Made by a program: the position numbers and the translations under genes | The notes under the pieces: generated by a model | The model's database searches: none | Told to the model about the DNA's origin: nothing | The model's input: the letters and a program-made list of their open reading frames with translations, nothing else | In this document: piece after piece, positions 47,388-55,700 of the stretch | Numbering within the stretch: the first letter of the stretch is position 1 | Layout: each line of letters starts with the position of its first letter | Virus record (IMG/VR): IMGVR_UViG_3300033388_003023 | Span: 1-55,700 of that record | Direction: 5' to 3' (one strand) | Length of the DNA: 55,700 bases | DNA from: a virus | Lineage: Duplodnaviria > Caudoviricetes

Positions 47388-47435
47388 ATCAAAACCCCTG
47401 CTTCGGCGGGGCAAAAATTAAAGGGAGAACTAATC

Positions 47436-47609
47436 ATGAAATCACCAGAAGAAAAAAAGCCAGATGCATATGAAGACGCCCACGACCAGTACATAGGATT
47501 AGGCAGGGCATGGCAGAGCAATGAGATGTGTTGCCCGAAATGCGGTTCTAAAATGGTATCAGGCATGTGTCTTAACATAGATTGTTTGTGGAAGGAGGTA
47601 AAGCGGTGA
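47436..47609 (+). CDS. 57-aa Zn-ribbon protein
   Basis: Hand-translated ...CPKCGSKMVSGMCLNIDC, GGGAG RBS. Confidence 0.55.
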   Translation: MKSPEEKKPDAYEDAHDQYIGLGRAWQSNEMCCPKCGSKMVSGMCLNIDCLWKEVKR

Positions 47610-47767
47610 ACACGCATGAAAAAATAATTGCATTTATCATTGTACTTGTAATATTAAGTACCCCGTTTTTATGGATGATTGGTAAGAAAATAAATTACAA
47701 TCTATCATATAAGTCTATGGTAGAAAAAACTGTAGCGGATATGGTTAAAAAAGAGAGTCTTAAATAA
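47606..47767 (+). CDS. Small membrane-anchored protein
   Basis: GTG after GGAGG, N-terminal TM segment. Confidence 0.55.
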   Translation: MNTHEKIIAFIIVLVILSTPFLWMIGKKINYNLSYKSMVEKTVADMVKKESLK

Positions 47768-47793
47768 CACTAATCTAAGCGGAGGGAAGTATA

Positions 47794-48252
47794 ATGGCAG
47801 GCGTACTTATAACAACAGATAAACAATCAAAACACCCACTATCCTACGATGAGGCAATCAGGGAATTAAACCGGCTCAAAAAGCAAGGATATTTCGGACC
47901 CCAAACATTTCCTGTCGAGACCCCTGTTGCGTATTACGGGAAAATTATTTTTGCAGACGGATATCAGGAAATGTATACAACAGGAAATGGGAGATTGGTA
48001 GTAAATCATACAGAAAATAAGTTCAACGATTGTTCGGATGATTTTGTGTGGATAAAGTGTAAGCGAGGAGGGTTGAAAGCTGGCGATGTAGCTTATCGGG
48101 CTGGCAGAAATCACCCAGGGCCTTATAAAAACAGAGCATGTTGCATAGTTAATAAATTAAAATATAGATTTATTAATGGCGACAATGATATAATAACAAG
48201 CGACACATCTTTCCCGCACTGGTTTAAACTTGTCAGAAAAGATTCGTTATAA
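47794..48252 (+). CDS. Hypothetical protein
   Basis: GGAGG RBS, 152 aa. Confidence 0.6.
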   Translation: MAGVLITTDKQSKHPLSYDEAIRELNRLKKQGYFGPQTFPVETPVAYYGKIIFADGYQEMYTTGNGRLVVNHTENKFNDCSDDFVWIKCKRGGLKAGDVAYRAGRNHPGPYKNRACCIVNKLKYRFINGDNDIITSDTSFPHWFKLVRKDSL

Positions 48253-48301
48253 CAACCGGCCAGAGTTGAAAAGACCATAAGACTCAAAGGGGATTAAGAC
48301 G

Positions 48302-48628
48302 ATGTTCTTTAAGAAAAAGAAAGTTGAAAATATACCCGTCAATAATTCAGACAAAATACGTGACATAACAGAATTAAAATTTGCAGTAATTGAATATTTT
48401 TCAGGAGATCTCGAATCAGCACAATCATTCTTCCATTATTGCGGTATTACAAATATTACAAAAGACGACAATGTTTTTAATATAAGCCTTACGCGGCCAG
48501 GGGTTTTTATCGGACGGCAAGGTATCGCTATTGCCGGAATAAAAAAATGCCTCAAGGGTATCCACATCAATTTAATAGAGGATAGGAATCAGCGATTGAT
48601 AGACCAAGTTTTATATTCAGACTATTAA
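48302..48628 (+). CDS. Type II KH-domain protein (ribosomal S3 KH-like)
   Basis: ISLTRPGVFIGRQGIAIAGIKKCL...IHINLIE matches the S3 RPG-x-x-IG-x-x-G pattern. Confidence 0.7.
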   Translation: MFFKKKKVENIPVNNSDKIRDITELKFAVIEYFSGDLESAQSFFHYCGITNITKDDNVFNISLTRPGVFIGRQGIAIAGIKKCLKGIHINLIEDRNQRLIDQVLYSDY

Positions 48629-48649
48629 CAGAAATCAAAGGAGATTAAG

Positions 48650-48886
48650 ATGGAAATACAACCAATGCTTTCAAGCGAGTCAAACCAGGCCAGAATTATC
48701 GACTTCGAACGGGCTATAAAAAGAAAGGGTGACTGCATCAATAACGCCCAGCGGCAAACACCGAAATGGTACAGATACCAACGCTCGTTGCTCTCCGGAT
48801 TAAATAAACAGCTTATAATTCTGAAGACAAACACCCGGCGGGTTAAGTTCACGAATGATTTAAAGTGTGAATATATTTTAATGTAA
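48650..48886 (+). CDS. Hypothetical basic protein
   Basis: AGGAG RBS. Confidence 0.55.
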   Translation: MEIQPMLSSESNQARIIDFERAIKRKGDCINNAQRQTPKWYRYQRSLLSGLNKQLIILKTNTRRVKFTNDLKCEYILM

Positions 48887-48895
48887 GGGGGAGCC

Positions 48896-49168
48896 ATGAA
48901 GACACACGAAGAAATTTTTAATAAATATGCCGACAACTCACAGATACAGGATATTATCGATAATCTTAAAGGACTTGTTGACGGCATCTCTAACGGACCC
49001 GAAATAATCGCACATATTAGCGGAGGACTGAGGGTTGCATTTTTCAGGGGTTTGAATAGGTCTGACGATAAGCAGGAAATACTTGAAAAAGCCCTTAAGC
49101 ACTCTATTGACAATCAAGATGCTTTGGTGGCTGAAACATGCGACTGGATAAGTAAAAAGGGGCAATAA
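48896..49168 (+). CDS. Hypothetical protein
   Basis: GGGAG RBS. Confidence 0.55.
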   Translation: MKTHEEIFNKYADNSQIQDIIDNLKGLVDGISNGPEIIAHISGGLRVAFFRGLNRSDDKQEILEKALKHSIDNQDALVAETCDWISKKGQ

Positions 49169-49272
49169 TGAAAGCTAAATACGTACCTGACCATTGTGGC
49201 CTGCGTTATTATATGCGGGCTGGCGTTGTATTTTTGTAGGTTTTAACCCAAAGCACAAAGGAGGATGAAAGA

Positions 49273-49986
49273 ATGAATATAAGTAACGATGTGGCAAATG
49301 TATTGGCGAACTCAAATATTGACAGAAATAAACTTTATTTGCCTGAAGGTCAACTTGATCGTAAAATTTATATGGCTGTAGATAAAGTATTAAAGGCTAT
49401 TAAAGGCAAATGGAACAGAAAAGAAAAGGCACATATTTTTGACTCAAACGCTGAGGTTATAATCGAAGAAATTTTATTGACCGGCGAATACACGGACACA
49501 AAAAAAGAATACCAATTTTTTGAAACACCAACAGAACTTGCAAAAAAGCTGGTAAAAATGGCAGATATTCAACCTGGAGAAACAGTCTTAGAACCTGAAG
49601 CTGGAAAGGCTCGAATTGCATCTTTAATAAAAGGATGCCATTGCTGTGAGTTAAATCCAGAAAATAGAAGCTATCTTATCGAAAATGGTTTTAAAATTGT
49701 TGGTGAAAACTTTTTAGACTTTTCAGGTGAATATGATATTATTATTGCAAATCCTCCATTTACGCGCCAACAAGATATTGACCACATAAATCACATGCTG
49801 AGTATTGCAAAACGCCGGGTTGTTTCAGTTGCCTCCGCTTCTGTATTGTTTCGTGACAATAAAAAGACTGTTGATTTCAGAAATAAAATAGAGAGCATGG
49901 GTGGAACTATTACGCCGCTGCCAGATAAAACTTTTTCAGAAAGCGGAACGAATGTAAGCACCTGCATTGTTTGTGTTGATATATGA
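49273..49986 (+). CDS. DNA amino-methyltransferase (N6-adenine type)
   Basis: QFFETP, VLEPEAGKA (SAM motif), IIANPPF (motif IV), FSESGT. Confidence 0.88.
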   Translation: MNISNDVANVLANSNIDRNKLYLPEGQLDRKIYMAVDKVLKAIKGKWNRKEKAHIFDSNAEVIIEEILLTGEYTDTKKEYQFFETPTELAKKLVKMADIQPGETVLEPEAGKARIASLIKGCHCCELNPENRSYLIENGFKIVGENFLDFSGEYDIIIANPPFTRQQDIDHINHMLSIAKRRVVSVASASVLFRDNKKTVDFRNKIESMGGTITPLPDKTFSESGTNVSTCIVCVDI

Positions 49987-49988
49987 CT

Positions 49989-50011
49989 TAAGTAGTGCTT
50001 GCATTAACTCT
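49989..50011. repeat. 23-bp direct repeat, copy 1
   Basis: TAAGTAGTGCTTGCATTAACTCT is identical at 50289-50311. Confidence 0.9.
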
Positions 50012-50046
50012 AAGGATTTTAAACTAACGGAGACAAGGAGGGGAAG

Positions 50047-50295
50047 GTGGAAGATTTAAAAATAATAATCTGCAACGAATCGACATCTCAAAGTATTATA
50101 TCGGATATATTTACTTTTGGAAGTTTGGTATTTGTCCTATTTAGTAATTATATGTGGCTTGGCAATAATGATATCATAATATATATGATATTTATACTTT
50201 TCATATTAAAATGTGTGGGGTCGGCTAACAGTAAGGTCAAGAGAATGACGGGACCTGAGGCTTATAGCTATTTACAACAGAGGTTTGGTAAGTAG
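50047..50295 (+). CDS. Small two-TM membrane protein
   Basis: GTG after AGGAGG, two hydrophobic segments. Confidence 0.65.
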   Translation: MEDLKIIICNESTSQSIISDIFTFGSLVFVLFSNYMWLGNNDIIIYMIFILFILKCVGSANSKVKRMTGPEAYSYLQQRFGK

Positions 50296-50298
50296 TGC

Positions 50299-50327
50299 TT
50301 GCATTAACTCTCTGAAGATGCTACGAT
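50299..50327 (+). promoter_or_regulatory. Sigma70-type promoter of the wHTH gene
   Basis: TTGCAT-17 bp-TACGAT with extended TGn. Confidence 0.65.
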
Positions 50328-50337
50328 TATAACTGTC

Positions 50338-50431
50338 TTCCTGGTTAGCTACCGGGAAATAAGGCAAATATCAACCCCGGGTGAATGTTTCCTCCGAAGT
50401 GCATTTACCCGGGACAACTTCGGAGAAAATA
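50338..50431 (+). promoter_or_regulatory. Structured 5' leader with competing helices covering the RBS
   Basis: Hairpin 50338-50358, helix 50376-50387/50402-50413, helix 50392-50400/50417-50425 (includes GGAG). Confidence 0.6.
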
Positions 50432-50869
50432 ATGAAACACACCAGCACTAAGTGGACGCCACTATCAAAAGAAATGGTCTACTCCACGGCATTCCAATCA
50501 TTAAAATTATCAGAACGAAAAGTATTAGACTTTGCAATGCTCGAAAGGCGCATGGAGAAAACATCGCAAAAGAAGCAGAAAAAGAAGCGATACACGGCAT
50601 CGAATGAAATACTGATACCATACAGGCAGTTGAATGCGGATCCATTTAACATGGCTAATTTTACAATCACCAGGGCAATTGATAGATTGCTTGCAATTGG
50701 TTTTATTTCAATCGTTGAGCAAGGTGGATCCAAACAAGGCCACGCGACTAAATATAAATTCATTGAAAAGTGGAAAACATGGAAAGATGGAGATGCACCA
50801 ATTGAGACAAGAAAAACATACCCAAAGAGAGGGTTTACAAATATCGTACGCACACATACGGGTGCTTAG
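50432..50869 (+). CDS. Winged-helix DNA-binding protein (Rep-like)
   Basis: AFQSLKLSERKVL...ILIPYRQL...TITRAIDRLLAIGFISIVEQGG...ATKYKF. ATG at 50432 follows GGAG. Confidence 0.72.
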   Translation: MKHTSTKWTPLSKEMVYSTAFQSLKLSERKVLDFAMLERRMEKTSQKKQKKKRYTASNEILIPYRQLNADPFNMANFTITRAIDRLLAIGFISIVEQGGSKQGHATKYKFIEKWKTWKDGDAPIETRKTYPKRGFTNIVRTHTGA

Positions 50870-50970
50870 ACTGCACACCGATAAGTGTGCGGTTAATTAA
50901 AAAAGTATGCTTACCTGCACACATGTGCGTGTGCGGTTAATGGGTTTTATTGAATCCTGTGAGTGTGCGC
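50850..50970. repeat. Cluster of GCACAC-N6-GTGTGC palindromes
   Basis: CTGCACAC-N6-GTGTGCGGTTAAT at 50871 and 50915, with degenerate copies at 50850 and 50961. Confidence 0.8.
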
Positions 50971-51003
50971 TTATATAATTTACCAGATACTAAAGGAGAG
51001 AGT

Positions 51004-51276
51004 ATGAAAGAAGTATTACAAGAAGAAAATAAAATAAAAAGATTCTGGATTTGGTTATGGTACAATGATATTTTCAGAATATTTTTTGTTTTAATCCCAT
51101 CTTATTTTATAATATTAGTTCCATTTTGCTGTTATTTTTTTGGCGAGAACACATCTAAAGCGATATTGCCTTTTGTGTATTTATTTGTATTTGCATACGC
51201 AATGATTAATAATGACTATAGCAACTTAAGACGGATTGGCATGAACGAGTACCGGGAAAAAATAAAAGAAGAATAA
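51004..51276 (+). CDS. Two-TM membrane protein
   Basis: AGGAG RBS, hydrophobic segments. Confidence 0.6.
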   Translation: MKEVLQEENKIKRFWIWLWYNDIFRIFFVLIPSYFIILVPFCCYFFGENTSKAILPFVYLFVFAYAMINNDYSNLRRIGMNEYREKIKEE

Positions 51277-51316
51277 GCATCGAATAGGTTCCAATATATA
51301 TATTAAAGGAGGCTTT

Positions 51317-51598
51317 ATGAAATACAGCGAAGAAATTGTAACAGACGATAATTTTGATGACATTATGGAAAAGCTTGCAGAAACTATTGGAACTCCGCAT
51401 ACAAATTATAATGAGTTTTTAGACTCCCTACCTTGCGGGTTCGTTGAGCAAGAGCATGATTTAGGTTTTTCGGAATTTGTGAACTCAAAAACGGTTCATA
51501 GTATAGCGTCTGATTGTCGACAAGCTTGCCAAATTGGAATAGTCGCTTACGAGGTTGGTAACGGGTTTATAACTTTTAACTTTAACAATGTGTTATAA
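51317..51598 (+). CDS. Hypothetical acidic protein
   Basis: AAGGAGG RBS. Confidence 0.6.
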   Translation: MKYSEEIVTDDNFDDIMEKLAETIGTPHTNYNEFLDSLPCGFVEQEHDLGFSEFVNSKTVHSIASDCRQACQIGIVAYEVGNGFITFNFNNVL

Positions 51599-51864
51599 CA
51601 ACGCATTGAAACTTAGATGTATATTTTATTAGGAGAGTGTTATGGGAAAATCAAGAGAAGATATTAGAGTTGAACTTTTTGAATTAATAAAAATATTAGG
51701 TGATGATTATGAGGAAGCCACCAAAAATAATGTTACATTTTCAGCTCAATATATCCTGAAATACGCCATAGCCTTTAGGCGATTTGTGAAGAGATTGGAA
51801 AGCGAAGAATAATTTAACAAGTAAGAAAGAACAAGGAGGGAACGTGAGCATTAAGGGAATTTGT

Positions 51865-51893
51865 TTGACAAAAAGCGTTTAAAGGTCTATAGT
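51865..51893 (+). promoter_or_regulatory. Near-consensus sigma70 promoter heading the packaging/structural block
   Basis: TTGACA-17 bp-TATAGT. Confidence 0.75.
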
Positions 51894-51922
51894 TAGTTAT
51901 TATAATTCTAAATGGAGATCAA

Positions 51923-52291
51923 TTGGAAGCGCTACTGTTAAAAATAATAGCAAATAAAGAGTTTGGAACACTTGTAATTATATGCTGTTTTACGGTAGCG
52001 CAGTTTTACCAAAACAAGGGCCAGTTCGCTCTTCACTTAGAAAAAATAGAAACAATAAAAGAAAAATCAGACAAAGCTGAAATTAAGTCAGATGGTGCAG
52101 ACGTAAAAAGCACCCACGCTTTGCACATAAGCAAAAAAGCAATAGAAACATCTAACAAGACTTTTAAACTATCAAAAAAAACTCATGCCAAAGTAGACAA
52201 GATGTCAGACAAAGTTGATGGTCTTAGTCAAAATTGGCAAGAGTTCATCGAGGGGAAGTATGGCGATAAAAAAGACAGCAAAAACAGTTAA
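51923..52291 (+). CDS. Single-TM coiled-coil protein (holin-like candidate)
   Basis: TTG after GGAG, N-terminal TM then coiled coil. Confidence 0.5.
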   Translation: MEALLLKIIANKEFGTLVIICCFTVAQFYQNKGQFALHLEKIETIKEKSDKAEIKSDGADVKSTHALHISKKAIETSNKTFKLSKKTHAKVDKMSDKVDGLSQNWQEFIEGKYGDKKDSKNS

Positions 52292-52382
52292 AAAGCCAAC
52301 AAAAAAGACGCCAAAAGCAATGACAGGGAGTGGATATGGACCGAAGCCTAAGAAAAAAGGGAATAAAAAAAGCTACAGTTAG
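52260..52382 (+). CDS. 40-aa lysine-rich peptide
   Basis: Hand-translated MAIKKTAKTVKKPTKKTPKAMTGSGYGPKPKKKGNKKSYS (14 Lys), GAGGGGA RBS. Confidence 0.55.
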   Translation: MAIKKTAKTVKKPTKKTPKAMTGSGYGPKPKKKGNKKSYS

Positions 52383-53064
52383 CATTTGTCTTATTCTATC
52401 CGGTATATTTCTTTATATATGCTACTTAATCTTCAATTTCAGCGAGGATACGTTTTTGTATCTTGGTGATATTTCTATCGACGCTCAGGTATTAGGCTAT
52501 TCGTTACTCGCTTATTCCCTGTGCAGCTTTAACAACTTAAAACTCAAAGCATTTACATTTATGATGTGTCTATGGAGATCGTTCGTTTTAATATCCAACC
52601 CTCTCGAATTTTTCAGCTTATACCCAGTTATAGTTTTCAATTCAATTTTTCTGTATTGGCTTTACCGGGTTTATTTTATTGATAACAATAAAGTTTCCCA
52701 AATGCCACCCGACACAGAGGTTTTTATGTCAGGCTCGTACAACGTATTCTTCCCTATATCATCCTTCAGAGGGCTTTTGAAATCACTTTTCGTTCCACTT
52801 TCAGACGCTTATTACGAAACAACACTCCTTGTTCACAAGGATTATATCTATTGTGTAAGACTCAAGGAATTTGTCAGGCTCCCATATCTGCAACGAAAAA
52901 TAAAAAAGATGGTAGGTTCAGGCGATGCGTATATTCAGAGTTGCAACCCAACAGAAAAACAAATAATTAAAATCGAAAAACTGGTAGGAAAGAGATCTAT
53001 AACCGGGCTTAGGGATTGCAGGAAATTAAAAATAACAAGCACGACGAACCACAGGAGGTTTTAA
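52330..53064 (+). CDS. Multi-TM membrane protein with soluble C-terminal domain
   Basis: About four hydrophobic segments in the N-terminal half. Confidence 0.65.
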   Translation: MDMDRSLRKKGIKKATVSICLILSGIFLYICYLIFNFSEDTFLYLGDISIDAQVLGYSLLAYSLCSFNNLKLKAFTFMMCLWRSFVLISNPLEFFSLYPVIVFNSIFLYWLYRVYFIDNNKVSQMPPDTEVFMSGSYNVFFPISSFRGLLKSLFVPLSDAYYETTLLVHKDYIYCVRLKEFVRLPYLQRKIKKMVGSGDAYIQSCNPTEKQIIKIEKLVGKRSITGLRDCRKLKITSTTNHRRF

Positions 53065-53065
53065 T

Positions 53066-53287
53066 ATGGATTCAACAATCAAAACACTATGCAACGTAAT
53101 AGAGGACCAGAGAGCATTAATAAAGACTCTCAACTATCCCCCGCCAATTTTCCGGCAACAAAGCTTTATAGCAGGTGAAAATTTATTAATAGAAGGACAT
53201 ATGTATAAAATAAGCCAAAAACTTGGCGCGGTTGAGTTTGAGATAATAGGGATTGGATCGGCATCTGCTGCGAGGAGCAATACATAA
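53066..53287 (+). CDS. Hypothetical protein
   Basis: AGGAGG RBS. Confidence 0.55.
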   Translation: MDSTIKTLCNVIEDQRALIKTLNYPPPIFRQQSFIAGENLLIEGHMYKISQKLGAVEFEIIGIGSASAARSNT

Positions 53288-53556
53288 TGACGAATAATAT
53301 AATAATTAAAAAGGATATAGTATTATCTGATTTCCTTCTCGAAGCCATACCAAAACTCAGCCACATACCAATCGCAAAGACAATATGCCAGTGCGGAGCA
53401 CATATAAATCTACCAATTATTGTTTCAGAGAAGCATTACGAAGCATTTGAGGAGTTATTGGCATTAGCAGCAGAGTGTTTGGAAGAAACCGGCGTTGTTG
53501 ATTTGGTTCTCGAAAAATTAATGGATAAAATAAACAGCAGGTTAAATATACAATAA
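53287..53556 (+). CDS. Hypothetical protein
   Basis: Coupled ORF with GAGGAG RBS. Confidence 0.55.
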   Translation: MTNNIIIKKDIVLSDFLLEAIPKLSHIPIAKTICQCGAHINLPIIVSEKHYEAFEELLALAAECLEETGVVDLVLEKLMDKINSRLNIQ

Positions 53557-54002
53557 TGACAGTACCAGGCAAAGGCGGAAGACCGACAAACGCAAGCTTA
53601 GTTGACAAGGGTGGCAGGCCTACTGTTTTCACTGATGAAACTATTGCAAAACTTGAATACGCATTCTCTCTTGATTGCACAGATAAAGAGGCTTGCTTTC
53701 ATGCTGATATAAACCCGTCAACGCTGTACAGGTATCAAAACGAAAACCCTGACTTTAAAGAGCGCAAAGATATTTTGAAGCAATCGCCTGTGTTTAAAGC
53801 AAGGCAGTCAGTGTTGGATGGCATCGAGAGCGATAAAAGACTTGCCCTGATGTACCTTGAGCGCAAGAAAAAGGATGAGTTCAGCGTCAAAACTGAGCAT
53901 GAAGTCACAGGCGTAAAGCTCGATGACATCTTCGCCGGAGTAGATCCAGAGATTGTCAGGGAAGTAAAAGACATATTAAAGGCGAAAATGGCTGAAAAGT
54001 AG
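53556..54002 (+). CDS. terS: Terminase small subunit
   Basis: GRPTVFTDETIAKLEYAFSLDCTDKEACFHADINPSTLYRY HTH and YLERKKKDEF. Lies upstream of terL. Confidence 0.82.
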   Translation: MTVPGKGGRPTNASLVDKGGRPTVFTDETIAKLEYAFSLDCTDKEACFHADINPSTLYRYQNENPDFKERKDILKQSPVFKARQSVLDGIESDKRLALMYLERKKKDEFSVKTEHEVTGVKLDDIFAGVDPEIVREVKDILKAKMAEK

Positions 54003-54081
54003 TGGTTTTGTAGAGCACTGTTAAATGGGGTTTGAATCAACTTGTTGCATGGGGTTAGTACCAAAAAAACGGAGAGAATAA

Positions 54082-54447
54082 ATGTCAGAAAAAATAACAA
54101 AAAAGATAATCGTGTTTGATGGCATATTGTCGATGAAGTCAAACAGCCTCAATGAAATTGAGAGCATTGTCAACGAAGTTCACAAGTCAATACCTGAGAA
54201 TTACAGAGACACAGCACATTGGAGTATGGGTAATGTCACTTCCCTTGGTGAAGCCAACGTAATTATATCCTACAAGCGCCTTGAAACAGACGAGGAGAAC
54301 GCCGAAAGAGACAAGCACGACGGTGAAAGGGTTGAGAAATCAAAGGACGAGAAGATCAGAAGAGCCATATTGCTCGCAAAAGAATATCCTGGCATTCTTC
54401 AGGTCTCTCCGGAAATCGAAAAGAAGATGGCGAAAAATGTTAAATAA
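54082..54447 (+). CDS. Hypothetical protein between terS and terL
   Basis: GGAG RBS, YKRLETDEE motif. Confidence 0.6.
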   Translation: MSEKITKKIIVFDGILSMKSNSLNEIESIVNEVHKSIPENYRDTAHWSMGNVTSLGEANVIISYKRLETDEENAERDKHDGERVEKSKDEKIRRAILLAKEYPGILQVSPEIEKKMAKNVK

Positions 54448-54747
54448 AATCTTCAACTTCACGATGGGTTGGTTTAGCATTGTTGCAATATTTTGTGCTT
54501 TGTTTTCTATCGGGTTGATTGTTGTCGGATTGGGTGTGGATTTTAGGGATTTACTTTTGAGGATATTTTAAGGGGAGACGAATGATGTCACAAGAAGACA
54601 TAAACCGCATAGAAAGAGAGCATCAAAAAGATTTAACTGAAATTAAAAATGAAACATATAAATCAATCGCAGCTTATTTTTGCTGGACCGTTATAATCGT
54701 TGCCCTATTTGACAAATTAGTTAAATTACTTTTTTAAGGAACAGAAT

Positions 54748-55700
54748 TTGAACATAGCCGAACAAGCAGAAATATTAGCAAACAACATATTAAAACACGT
54801 TCCAGCGGAGCAGATCAACACAGCTATAGGCTTGACCGGGTACGAGAAGTATCAGCGTGATCCGGTTGGGTTTATTGAGAATGTATTGGGTGAGAAGCCC
54901 ACAGAGGATATTAAGGATATGATGTTGTCAGTCAGGGATAACGTCACGACCGTAGCGCGTTCAGCCAATGGAACGGGCAAGACGTGGGGAGCTGCAAGAT
55001 TAGCGACATGGTTCTATAAATGCTTCCCAGAATGTCAAGTTTGGACTGCGGCTGCACCACCAGAAGACAACCTCAAGAAACTTCTATGGGGTGAAATAGG
55101 AAACGTACTTCAAAACCATAAAGAACTATTCAAGTCAGATGAAGTCAAAAGCCTTCATATCCAAAGAACCCCATTACAATTTATAACAGGCGTTACAATC
55201 CCGTCATCTGGGACAAATGCGGAAAGGGTAGCTAAGTTTTCAGGCAAGCATGCACCCGTACTTATATTTATCTTAGATGAGGGAGACGCAATTCCTGACG
55301 CTGTTTACGAAGGTATCGAGTCCTGTATGTCAGGTGGAACTATTGTCAGGCTTCTTATCATGTTCAATCCGAGGCATGAATCCGGAGAGGTTTGGAGAAA
55401 GAGCAGGGCCCCCGATGTAAGCGTAATAGAGATGTCGGCATTTAGACACCCAAACGTTTTGACAGGAAAAGACATAATCCCTGGTGCCGTAACAAGGGGC
55501 CGTACTTGTCAGAGAGTTCATGATTGGTGTAGGCCACTGAATACAGAAGAGCTGGCAAAGTACGAACCAGGAGCGGAACACGATATATTTGAGCTTCCGA
55601 AATTCCTTGAAGGGGTAGTGGTAGAGAAGAAATTAAAAGGACAGTTTTACTTGCCGTTAGCACCAGGCCCATACAAGATATTAATTCCAGTATTCAGCTA
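54748..55700 (+). CDS. terL: Terminase large subunit, ATPase domain (continues at position 1)
   Basis: TTG after AAGGA. DPVGFIENVLG, Walker A RSANGTGKT, Walker B IFILDEG and motif III MFNP. Open to the window end. Confidence 0.92.
   Translation, partial: MNIAEQAEILANNILKHVPAEQINTAIGLTGYEKYQRDPVGFIENVLGEKPTEDIKDMMLSVRDNVTTVARSANGTGKTWGAARLATWFYKCFPECQVWTAAAPPEDNLKKLLWGEIGNVLQNHKELFKSDEVKSLHIQRTPLQFITGVTIPSSGTNAERVAKFSGKHAPVLIFILDEGDAIPDAVYEGIESCMSGGTIVRLLIMFNPRHESGEVWRKSRAPDVSVIEMSAFRHPNVLTGKDIIPGAVTRGRTCQRVHDWCRPLNTEELAKYEPGAEHDIFELPKFLEGVVVEKKLKGQFYLPLAPGPYKILIPVFS
55587..55700. repeat. Terminal direct repeat, copy 2
   Basis: Identical to 1-114. Confidence 0.97.

Noticed and set aside
48302-48628. 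Full ribosomal protein S3 gene
   Set aside because: Too short, with only the KH motif and no C-terminal S3 domain.
46525-50970. CRISPR mini-array from the short repeats
   Set aside because: Only two copies each, spacing of 300-540 bp or palindromic 44-bp units, and no cas genes.
55587-55700. 114-bp end repeat as a biological terminal repeat or att site
   Set aside because: It falls mid-terL with the frame continuous across the join, which is typical of the overlap of a circular assembly.
1-55700. tRNA genes, stop-codon reassignment and the many antisense ORFs in the track
   Set aside because: No cloverleaf noticed by eye (tRNAscan not run), long genes are intact in the standard code, and the antisense ORFs shadow well-supported genes.

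Overview
The window is an essentially complete, circularly permuted dsDNA tailed-phage genome of about 55.6 kb: bases 1-114 recur exactly at 55587-55700 inside the terminase gene. The architecture is podovirus-like (no tape measure or sheath gene), with a head/tail module resembling Bcep22-like phages. The + strand morphogenesis block runs terS-terL-portal-scaffold-capsid-adaptors-nozzle-fibres-GNAT-ejection proteins (53.5 kb through the join to 28.7 kb) and includes a 2839-aa polyvalent ejection protein with GGDEF-like, ADP-ribosyltransferase-like and HExxH modules. A - strand arm (40.4 to 28.8 kb) holds a C5 methyltransferase, lambda-O-like initiator, primase-helicase, MazG-like enzyme and putative lysis genes. 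A + strand early arm (40.5 to 51.8 kb) holds ERF/YqaJ recombination genes, PHP, HNH, KH-domain, amino-methyltransferase and winged-helix genes. I recognised no integrase, tRNA, CRISPR array or reverse transcriptase. The most notable oddities are the putative virion-delivered GGDEF-like cyclase with repeated [YF]S-x-ED domain linkers, a putative two-state RNA switch over the RBS of a wHTH gene followed by repeated palindromes, several genes bounded by exact direct repeats, a duplicated promoter cassette, and three frameshifting lesions in terL/portal. All family calls come from motif recognition by eye, not database searches.
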